A stretch of 64,000 bases of DNA. Source: Longimicrobiales bacterium (GTDB lineage Bacteria > Gemmatimonadota > Gemmatimonadetes > Longimicrobiales > Gaopeijiaceae). This document shows positions 9,578 through 17,484 of this stretch, one piece after another (positions within the stretch are counted from its first letter, which is position 1; each line of letters starts with the position of its first letter). The translations under genes were made by a program, and so were the position numbers. The stretch lies in contig OZ242008.1 of NCBI GenBank assembly GCA_965204735.1, forward strand, positions 960,001 through 1,024,000, read 5' to 3'. The notes under the pieces were generated by a model that was not told where the DNA came from, did no database searches, and was given only the letters and a program-made list of their open reading frames with translations.

Positions 9578-11418
9578 TGACCCTCCCTCGGGTGCTTGAT
9601 CCAGTCGTTCAGCAAGTAGATCGTCCCTCCGTCAAAGGCGGCGACCAGCTCGTGATCGGGCGGATGCGCTTCCACAAGTTCCCTGGCGAACGTCCGCGCA
9701 GTGTCGGTGGGGCTCCTCGGGTAGAGCACGAAGAGGCGCCCGCCGTCAGCCTTCCCGGCGCTCGCCGGCCTCCGCCAAGGTTCGGAGGTCGGCGTCTCCG
9801 GCGCCACTCGGTGAACCGACCAACGGCCTTCGGACGTCCCCAGAGGGAAGTAGAAGCCTGCGTCGTTGTCGATCTCGCCGAAGTGCTTCAGGTGGAGCAC
9901 CGCAAAGTTTGCCAGCCAGCTGATCGTGGTGAAGTAGTCGCCCGACTCCATCCGGCCCGCTGTTGCCGCCGCCATGGCCGGCAAGCGCCACGCCGGGGCG
10001 GGCGGCGTCATGTACAAGCCGGGCTGCGCCGACCAAAGGGCGAGGGCGCCGGCAACCAGCACGGTCGCAGTCCATACAGCCGCGCTCCGGCCGGGTCCCG
10101 CAGCGACCCTTGGCCAACGGATTCCCACCCGGGCAACGGCCTGCTCCAAGGCGAACGCCGTACCGACGCCTGCTGCGAGCATGAGCGGCGGCACCATCCA
10201 CAACACCAAGCGAGGTGTCGGCTCGAACGGCTGGGCCGTCAGCAGCAAGCCCGTGACGGCTCCTGCCGCCAGCAGCAGCGTTCCCACTCTCGGCCTCGAG
10301 CCCCGGCCAGAAACCACGGCGCCGACGCAGACCAGCGCTGCCAGGACGCCCTTTGCCCAGCTCGGATGCTTGAAGTGCCAAGCGTGCCAAATCTCGAACG
10401 GATGCCAAAGCAGCGAATCATAGGCCCCGTATCCTCTGACTCCTCTGGCTTGGTTCATGGTTTCGAGCAAGCCCGAAATGCCCTCGGCGGTGATGATTGG
10501 TCCGTATAGGACTCCGGCGCCGGCGAGAGCCGCGGCCGACCAAGCCGCCGTCTTGACGGCAAAGGGTCCCACCGCTGTGCGCCCGCCCTCGCGCCAACGC
10601 ACCAAGAGCATCCAGACGACGGTCGTCGCTGCGGGAAATCCCATCAACGGCATGGTGAAGAGGCCAAGGGCGATCGCCCCAGCCCACACCGCCCACAGGA
10701 GCCTGTCGTCCGGCTTCCGTACCAGGGACCGTCCGCACAACAGCGCTGCCGTGAAGAAGAGGAGGACCAGCGTGTATCCCCTGGCGTGGGTGGCGTACTC
10801 CACGACAAGGGGCGACATGCCCGTGAAGGCGGTGGCGAACACGGCTGCCGTCGGTCCGTACTCTTGCCGCGCGAACCACCACAGCGCGGGGAGAAAGAGA
10901 CAAAACGAAAGAAACGCGGGCTGTCGAAGCACGACCAAGCTCCACCCGCCAAAGTGATGCGCCGCCGAGACCAAGAGCGTGTGCAGCACATGGTTGTTCG
11001 GATCGTCGTACGTGGTGGCGATCTTCGCGAGCGGTGCGCTACCGTAAGTGACGAACGCCTTCTGCTCGTCGTAGGTGATGGGGCTGTCATCAAGTCTGGC
11101 GGCGGCCAAGCCCACGGCCGCCAAGACGACGACCGCTGCCAGCAGGGTCTCGGTCGGGTGCGCGGCCGTCGTGGAGGACGAGGCGCGCGCCTTGCCGACG
11201 ATCCAGCAACAGAGCAGCGTAGCTGCAAACCACGCCGCCGACGTTGCCACGTCTCCGATTCGGTAGTCCGCGGTCCACAGCCATGCCGCGTAGAAACCGG
11301 CGGCCGTGAGGGCGCTCCCGATGACCGCCGCTGGCACGCCCCACCGCTGGAGCGTTGACAGCCCGGATTTTCGCGTGCGCGTGCGGGGAGGGGTAGTAGG
11401 CATTATTAGCCTCTCCAA
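9574..11418 (-). CDS. GT-C/ArnT(PMT/GT39)-like membrane glycosyltransferase, copy B
   Basis: Polytopic hydrophobic protein with YDE after the first helices, NNHVLH, LRQP and HARGY motifs, and a soluble C-terminal tail. Confidence 0.72.
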   Translation of the reverse strand: MERLIMPTTPPRTRTRKSGLSTLQRWGVPAAVIGSALTAAGFYAAWLWTADYRIGDVATSAAWFAATLLCCWIVGKARASSSTTAAHPTETLLAAVVVLAAVGLAAARLDDSPITYDEQKAFVTYGSAPLAKIATTYDDPNNHVLHTLLVSAAHHFGGWSLVVLRQPAFLSFCLFLPALWWFARQEYGPTAAVFATAFTGMSPLVVEYATHARGYTLVLLFFTAALLCGRSLVRKPDDRLLWAVWAGAIALGLFTMPLMGFPAATTVVWMLLVRWREGGRTAVGPFAVKTAAWSAAALAGAGVLYGPIITAEGISGLLETMNQARGVRGYGAYDSLLWHPFEIWHAWHFKHPSWAKGVLAALVCVGAVVSGRGSRPRVGTLLLAAGAVTGLLLTAQPFEPTPRLVLWMVPPLMLAAGVGTAFALEQAVARVGIRWPRVAAGPGRSAAVWTATVLVAGALALWSAQPGLYMTPPAPAWRLPAMAAATAGRMESGDYFTTISWLANFAVLHLKHFGEIDNDAGFYFPLGTSEGRWSVHRVAPETPTSEPWRRPASAGKADGGRLFVLYPRSPTDTARTFARELVEAHPPDHELVAAFDGGTIYLLNDWIKHPREGQ

Positions 11419-11500
11419 GTCGTTTCATCCCGCCTGGTTCATGAAGCGGTCTCGTTCGGGTCTGGGAGTGGGAAGGACGTCCGAATGATGACGTGTCATG

Positions 11501-13351
11501 TCATTGGCCCTCCCTCGGGTGCTTGACCCAGTCGTTCAGCAAGTAGATCGCCCCTCCGTCGAAGGCGGCGACCAGCTCGTGGTCGGGCGGATGCGCTTCC
11601 ACGAGTTCCCTGGCGAACGTCCGCGCAGTGTCGGCGGGGCTCCTCAGGTAGAGCACGAAGAGGCGCCCGCCGTCGGCCTTCCCGGCGCTCGCCGGCCCCC
11701 GCCAACGTTCGGAGGTCGGCGTCTCCGGCACCGCCGCTCGGTGCACCGACCAGCGGCCTTCGGACGTCCCCAGGGGGAAGTAGAAGCCTGCGTCGTTGTC
11801 GATCCGGCCGAAGTGCTTCATGTGGAGCACCGCGAAGTTCGCCAGCCAGTTGATCGTGGTGAAGTAGTCGCCCGACTCCATCCGGCCCGTTGTTGCCGCC
11901 GCCATGGCCGGCAAGCGCCACGCCGGGCCAGGCGGCTTGATGTACGTGCCGGGCTGCGCCGACCAAAGGGCGAGGGCGCCGGCAACCAGCACGGTCGCAG
12001 TCCATACAGCCGCGCTCCGGCCGGGTCCCGCAGCGACCCTTGGCCAACGGATTCCCACCCGGGCGACGGCCTGCTCCAAGGCGAACGCCGTACCGACGCC
12101 TGCCGCGAGCATGAGCGGCGGCACCATCCACAACACCAAGCGAGGTGTCGGCTCGAACGGCTGGGCCGTCAGCAACAAGCCCGTGACGGCTCCTGCCGCC
12201 AGCAGCAGCGTTCCCACTCTCGGCCTCGAGCCCCGGCCCGAAACCACGGCGCCGACGCAGACCAGCGCCGCCAGGACGCCCTTTGCCCAGCTCGGATGCT
12301 TGAAGTGCCAAGCGTGCCAAATCTCGAACGGATGCCAAAGCAGCGAATCATAGGCCCGGTATCCTCTGACTCCTCTGGCTTGGCTCAGGGTTTCGAGCAA
12401 GCCCCGGATGCCCTCGGCGGCGATGATTGGTCCGTATAGGACTCCGGCGCCGGCGAGAGCCACGGCCGACCAAGCCGCCGTCTTGACGGCAAAGGGTCCC
12501 ACCGCTGCGCGCCCGCCCTCGCGCCAACGCACCAGCAGCATCCAGACCAGGGTCGTCGCAGCGGGAAACACCATCAATGGCATGGTGAAGAGGCCAAGGG
12601 CGATCGCGCCGGCCCACGCCGCCCACAGCGCCCTGTTGTCCGGCTTCCGTACCAGGGACCGTCCGCACAGCAGCGCTGCCGTGAAGAAGAGGAGGAGGAG
12701 CGTGTGTCCCCTTGCGTGGGTGGCGTACTCCACGACAAGGGGCGACATGCCCGTGAAGGCGGTGGCGAACACGGCTGCCGTAGGTCCGTACTCCTGCCGC
12801 GCGAACCACCACAGCGCGGGGAGGAAGAGACAGAACGAAAGGAACGCGGGCTGTCGAAGCACGACCAAGCTCCACCCGCCAAAGTGACGCGCCGCCGAGA
12901 CCAAGAGCGTGTGCAGCACATGGTTGTTCGTATCGTCGTACGTGGTGGCGATCGCCGCGAGCGGTGCGCTGCCGTAAGTGACGAGCGCCTCCTGCTCGTC
13001 GTAGGTGATGGGGCTGCCATCGAGTCTGGCGGCGGCCAAGCCCACGGCGGCCAAGACGACGACCGTTGCCAACAAGGTTTCGGTCGGGTGCGCGGCCGTG
13101 GTGGGGGACCAGGCGCGCGCCCTGCCGACGATCCAGCAACAGAGCAGCGTAGCTGCAAACCACGCCGCCGACGTTGCCACGTCTCCAACTCGGTAGTCCG
13201 CGGTCCACAGCCATGCCGCGTAGAAACCGGCGGCCGTGAGGGCGCTCCCGCTAACCGCCGCTGGCACGCCCCATCGCTGGAGCGTTGACAGCCCGGATTT
13301 TTCACAAGAGGGGGGGGGGGGGGTAGGCATTGGCATCTCCAAGTCGTTCAT
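11501..13351 (-). CDS. GT-C/ArnT(PMT/GT39)-like membrane glycosyltransferase, copy C (in-frame poly-C)
   Basis: 616 aa with the same motifs. G14 tract in frame (MPTPPPPSCEKS). Confidence 0.72.
   Translation of the reverse strand: MNDLEMPMPTPPPPSCEKSGLSTLQRWGVPAAVSGSALTAAGFYAAWLWTADYRVGDVATSAAWFAATLLCCWIVGRARAWSPTTAAHPTETLLATVVVLAAVGLAAARLDGSPITYDEQEALVTYGSAPLAAIATTYDDTNNHVLHTLLVSAARHFGGWSLVVLRQPAFLSFCLFLPALWWFARQEYGPTAAVFATAFTGMSPLVVEYATHARGHTLLLLFFTAALLCGRSLVRKPDNRALWAAWAGAIALGLFTMPLMVFPAATTLVWMLLVRWREGGRAAVGPFAVKTAAWSAVALAGAGVLYGPIIAAEGIRGLLETLSQARGVRGYRAYDSLLWHPFEIWHAWHFKHPSWAKGVLAALVCVGAVVSGRGSRPRVGTLLLAAGAVTGLLLTAQPFEPTPRLVLWMVPPLMLAAGVGTAFALEQAVARVGIRWPRVAAGPGRSAAVWTATVLVAGALALWSAQPGTYIKPPGPAWRLPAMAAATTGRMESGDYFTTINWLANFAVLHMKHFGRIDNDAGFYFPLGTSEGRWSVHRAAVPETPTSERWRGPASAGKADGGRLFVLYLRSPADTARTFARELVEAHPPDHELVAAFDGGAIYLLNDWVKHPREGQ
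13310..13323. repeat. G14 homopolymer in the 5' end of GT copy C
   Basis: Direct count: 14 G. Confidence 0.95.
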
Positions 13352-13547
13352 TCACAACTCAACCCGCCTTGTCCATGAAGTGGTCGTGCGGACGGGAGGA
13401 GCGCACTTGATACGCACGGGGGCGTCGGAGCGAGGGCGGCGGTCTCAAGGTCCCGTGCGGATGCCGCGGCCCGCCGCAAGACCCCCGACCGGCGTCCACT
13501 TGTGGGACGGCCTCGCCGCTGCTGTCGCGGCCGAGGGCAGCGGGCCC

Positions 13548-15245
13548 TCACCGCCTCTCGCAGACCGACGGGTGGGCGGCCAGCCAATCGAGAAGCGCCT
13601 CGGCGGCCCACTGGTGGCCCTGCGGGCTCCAGTGCGCGTCGTTCAGCCAGTAAGCATCGCGTGGGTTTCCGCCGCGGGCCAGAATGTGGTCCATCTGGTC
13701 GATCGCGGGAATGTCTCGTTCGACCGCCAACCGCTTCATGGTGTTGATCATCGACTGGGTTTGCGGACTTCTGGTCGCGACCCACCCCGACAAGACAATC
13801 AGCGAGCTTCCCGCCTCCTGCGTGTTCTTCTTCCATTCGTCCAACGCGAAGGCCGTGAACGTCTGGTCACGTGGTCTCCACGGCCACGGCTCCGGACGAG
13901 CCAGGAACGGAAGAGCCATCGACAGATTCACGCGCCAGATCGGAAGCCGCCATCGGCCCCACGTTCCAGCATACGGGCGGAGCGCAGCGGGCACGAATCC
14001 CCAAGAGCGGGGAGGGGGGGGGGGGCGGAGCGGAGACGCGCCGGGCGTCGTCAACTCCAGTCTGCCGTCTTGGCCCACGCGCACATGGGCGAAGGGAACG
14101 CCACGCATGGGACTCCTCCCGTTGTCGTCGAAGTCGTTGGGCACGAAGACAAGCACCACCAGCTTCGGCGGGCGGTGGCTGATCCACTCTTCCCACCAGG
14201 GGAGCTGGGCGACCTGCCCCGTGCCGCGGAAGCCGTAGGCGGACACGGTGACGTCCCATCCGGGCAAGCGCTCCGCCGCCATCCGTTCCAGGCGGACTTG
14301 AAGCTTGTCGGACAACTGGACATGGCGCGCCTCGACGTAGGAGTCGCCGACGATCGCCACGTGGCAGCTGGCGGCGGCGCGCTCCGGGCTGAGCGGTTCC
14401 CGGTCCAGGAAGCCAATGCTGTTGGCGCGCGAGACCGTCCAGAAGTCGAGGGTGTTCGTCGAACGGACTTCCGAATGGGGCTTGAACCGGACGCCGACGC
14501 CCGGCACAAGCTCGGCAACATGCGTGGAGCTTCGAAAGGGCCACGTCAGCCGAAGGTAGAGTTCGGCGGAGCCGACCACCGCGCAGGAGACTGCCGCGAA
14601 CGCCAGCGTGTTCCACAGTGCGAGGCGCGCCACGGCGGAGCCGCGGAGCCGGGAGAACGCCCTCGTCCGTCGCAGACCGCCGGGTTTGCGGCCGCGCTCC
14701 ATGCGGCCGCGCTCCGGCCGGGCCCCGCAGCGACCCTTGGCCAACGAATTCCCGCCCGGGCAACGGCCTGCTCCAAGGCGAACGCCGCACCGACGCCTGC
14801 CGCGAGCACGAGCGGCGGCACCATCCACAACGCCAAGCGAGGCGTCGGCACGAACGGCTCTGGCGCGAGCAGCAAGCCCGTGGCCACTCCTGCAGCCAAC
14901 AGCAGCGTCCCCACTCCTGGCCTCGAGCCCGTACGTGACGAGCGTCCGCTGCTCGTCGTAGGTGATGGGACCGTTCAGTCTCGCGGCGGCCAAGACCACG
15001 GCCGCCAAGACGACGACCGTCGCCAGCGCGGCCTCGGTCGGGCGCGTGGGCGTCATGGGGGGCGAGGCGCGCGCCTTGCCGACGATCCAGCAGGAGAGCA
15101 GCGCGGCCGCAAACCACGCCGCCGAGATCGACATGTCTCCAAGTCGGTCGTCCGCGATCCACAGCCCAGCCGCGAAGAGACTGGCGGCCGCAAGGGCGCC
15201 CCCGCCGGCCGCTGCCGGCGCGCCCCAGCGCCAGAACCAGCCCAT
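13548..15245 (-). CDS. Chimeric ORF: GT-C N-terminus, a shifted-frame GT segment, then a complete SGNH domain
   Basis: ATG 15245 MGWFWRWG...ITYDEQRTLVTYG, deletion junction near 14930, second junction near 14695, then an SGNH domain (GDSYVE, NDF, DAHWSPQGH). Alternative GTG start at 14633 would give the SGNH alone. Confidence 0.6.
   Translation of the reverse strand: MGWFWRWGAPAAAGGGALAAASLFAAGLWIADDRLGDMSISAAWFAAALLSCWIVGKARASPPMTPTRPTEAALATVVVLAAVVLAAARLNGPITYDEQRTLVTYGLEARSGDAAVGCRSGHGLAARARAVRADASLGVVDGAAARARGRRRCGVRLGAGRCPGGNSLAKGRCGARPERGRMERGRKPGGLRRTRAFSRLRGSAVARLALWNTLAFAAVSCAVVGSAELYLRLTWPFRSSTHVAELVPGVGVRFKPHSEVRSTNTLDFWTVSRANSIGFLDREPLSPERAAASCHVAIVGDSYVEARHVQLSDKLQVRLERMAAERLPGWDVTVSAYGFRGTGQVAQLPWWEEWISHRPPKLVVLVFVPNDFDDNGRSPMRGVPFAHVRVGQDGRLELTTPGASPLRPPPPPRSWGFVPAALRPYAGTWGRWRLPIWRVNLSMALPFLARPEPWPWRPRDQTFTAFALDEWKKNTQEAGSSLIVLSGWVATRSPQTQSMINTMKRLAVERDIPAIDQMDHILARGGNPRDAYWLNDAHWSPQGHQWAAEALLDWLAAHPSVCERR
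14014..14025. repeat. G12 homopolymer inside the SGNH domain
   Basis: Direct count: 12 G, in frame (RPPPPPRS). Confidence 0.9.
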
Positions 15246-15265
15246 GCCCGACTGCCCTGGGGGCG

Positions 15266-16246
15266 TCAATAATAGACGTCCAAGTCGGAGGCCGACGCCA
15301 GCGGACCAGAGTAGCCGGCGGCTCTGATCTCGCGGATCAGGTCGTCGTCGGCGGCGCCCCAGTACAGCTGATGGTACAGGACCAGAATGCCGGGCCGAGC
15401 CCGGTTGGCCAGCTCCGCGAGCTCCACGGTCGAAGTGTGGGAGTCGGCGTGGTACGCCTGCCATTCGGGCTCGCGACGCTGGAACGCTTCCGCCGAGTAG
15501 ACCTCGTGGACAAGCATGTCGCAGCCGTTGCAGGCGGCCGCCAGCGATTCGCTGGGTCGAGCGTCGCCGGACACCACGATCGTCCGGGCCGACGTCTCGA
15601 ACTTGTAGCCCAGGGCATGGGGCCAGGAGCCGTGAAGGACGGGGACGGCGGCGACCTTGACGTGCTCGTCCTCGTAGACCGGCCCGCCGGTCGTCTCGAC
15701 GACGGGGGCCTTGTAGGCGTCCGCGTTGGCGTCTCGGGGCTCCAGCCCAAAGAGCCGCATGTGGATGTCCTCCTGCCAAGCCGCCAGCACGTGCTCCACC
15801 ATGGAAGCGGTTCCGGGGGGACCGAACACCCGAATGGGGGCGGGCCGGTCGAGGACCCACGGCGCCAGGATCAGGTCCGGCAACCCTGTGGTGTGGTCGG
15901 AGTGCAGGTGGGTGAGGAAGACGCGGTCCAGGTTGGCCGGGTCGAGGGCGGCGATCTCCAGGTCCCGGGCGGCGGTTGCGGCCCGCCGCACGACCCCCGG
16001 GCCGGCGTCCACCAAGTAGGCCCGTCCGCCTGCGACGACGGCGACGGCCGGGCCGGACCGCTCCGGGTCGGCGTTGGGCGTGCCTGTGCCGAGAATCACC
16101 ACCCGGGCAGGAACGGCTTGCTCGCCCGAGGCCACGTGCTGACCGGCCTGCGCCGGCCGAGCGTCGCCGGCCAAGCCGCACGCCAAGCCGACGGCGACAA
16201 CGGCCCGCCCAGCCGACCGGAAACGGATTCTTCTCGTCGTGGTCAT
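15266..16246 (-). CDS. MBL-fold metallo-hydrolase (RNase Z/arylsulfatase-like) with signal peptide
   Basis: LGTGTP, LVDAGPG, THLHSDH, SGD, LVHE and HTS motifs. Confidence 0.88.
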   Translation of the reverse strand: MTTTRRIRFRSAGRAVVAVGLACGLAGDARPAQAGQHVASGEQAVPARVVILGTGTPNADPERSGPAVAVVAGGRAYLVDAGPGVVRRAATAARDLEIAALDPANLDRVFLTHLHSDHTTGLPDLILAPWVLDRPAPIRVFGPPGTASMVEHVLAAWQEDIHMRLFGLEPRDANADAYKAPVVETTGGPVYEDEHVKVAAVPVLHGSWPHALGYKFETSARTIVVSGDARPSESLAAACNGCDMLVHEVYSAEAFQRREPEWQAYHADSHTSTVELAELANRARPGILVLYHQLYWGAADDDLIREIRAAGYSGPLASASDLDVYY

Positions 16247-16470
16247 GGAGATTCGCGCCAACATCGCTCCGGCGCCGGTTGCTCCGCAAGCCTTGGGAGG
16301 CGAACGTAGCAACCCGCCTTGGACGAATTCCTTCACTCGCCAAAGGGAACCACCATGCAGAACGACTTCTACGACGGCTGGGGCGCCAACTACATGATGC
16401 GGGTCGCCCACACGCGCAATTCCAGCGGCCGCTTCTGCGAGACCCAGGACGTCGCCGACGAGAAAGGCTC

Positions 16471-17427
16471 GTGACGCAGGCCGTCGGTCGCTTCGGCGTC
16501 GGCTCCGGCGGCTTCGGCAAGGGGCCTGGCGGCTTCGGCAAGGGACCCGGCGGGCTCGGCAGAGGGTCGGCCGGCTTCGGCGGCTTCGCCGGCGGCCTTC
16601 AGTTCCACGTCACGCCGTGGGTCAAGCGGCTTTTGGCGGCCAACGCGGCTGTGTTCCTGGTCACGGTAGTGGCGGGCGACGCGATGATCGACCTCTTCGC
16701 CTTCAGCCCCGGCCGCCTCGGGGACCGCCCGTGGGGGGCGCTGACCTACATGTTCGTCCACGCGGGCCTCTTCCACCTGCTGATGAACTTGCTGGTCGTC
16801 TTCTTCTTCGGGCCCCCGCTGGAGTCCGAGTGGGGCTCGGAGCTCTTCTTGAAGTTCTACCTGCTGTGCGGCCTGGGCGGGGTCCTGCTGAGCTTCGCCT
16901 TCAGCGACGCCTCGATCGTGGGAGCGTCCGCGGCGTGCTACGGCCTCATGCTCGCCTTCGCCATGACGTGGCCGAACGCTCCCATCCACATCTGGGGGAT
17001 CGTGCCGGTCAAGGCCAAGTGGGTCGTGGGGTTCCTGGCGGCACTGAGCTTCGCGAGCGCAGTCGGCGCTGCCGGGGGAGGCGGACGCGGAGACAACATC
17101 GCCCACCTCGCCCACCTGGGCGGCGTCGTCGCGGGCTTCCTGCTCATGAAGAGCGGATGGATGAGCGCCGCCGGCCGGACGCCGACGCGCCGGCAGACCC
17201 GCAAGCCCGGGCGCAAGGTCGAACGCAAGCGGGTCCTGTCGCCTGCTCCTCGGGTCGCCGAGGTCGTGGAGCGCCGCCGAGCCGAGAAGCGCGCCGCGAA
17301 GGAGCGGACCGACCTGGACGCGATGGACGCAGTGCTGGACAAGATATCGGCCCGGGGCATCCAGTCGCTCACCGACGGAGAACGAGAGCTGCTGGACCGC
17401 ATGTCCAGGCGCAGCCAATCCAACTGA
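16471..17427 (+). CDS. Rhomboid-family intramembrane serine protease
   Basis: HLLMN, GAS and AHLAHLGG motifs. C-terminal LDKISARGIQSLT domain. Gly-rich 21-bp repeats at the N-terminus. Confidence 0.9.
   Translation: MTQAVGRFGVGSGGFGKGPGGFGKGPGGLGRGSAGFGGFAGGLQFHVTPWVKRLLAANAAVFLVTVVAGDAMIDLFAFSPGRLGDRPWGALTYMFVHAGLFHLLMNLLVVFFFGPPLESEWGSELFLKFYLLCGLGGVLLSFAFSDASIVGASAACYGLMLAFAMTWPNAPIHIWGIVPVKAKWVVGFLAALSFASAVGAAGGGGRGDNIAHLAHLGGVVAGFLLMKSGWMSAAGRTPTRRQTRKPGRKVERKRVLSPAPRVAEVVERRRAEKRAAKERTDLDAMDAVLDKISARGIQSLTDGERELLDRMSRRSQSN
16507..16581 (+). repeat. 21-bp in-frame tandem repeat (GGFGKGP-like, about 3.5 units)
   Basis: ggcggcttcggcaaggggcct / ggcggcttcggcaagggaccc / ggcgggctcggcagagggtcg. 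Confidence 0.8.
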
Positions 17428-17484
17428 CCAAGCCCGACGAGGGCTCCCTCCTTCCCAAGACAAGTAGAGACAAAGGAGACCGCC

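Noticed and set aside
13548..16541. A 997-aa single protein as called by the ORF track
   Set aside because: The part upstream of 15245 overlaps the MBL hydrolase in another frame and is low-complexity. Only 15245-13548 has recognisable homology.
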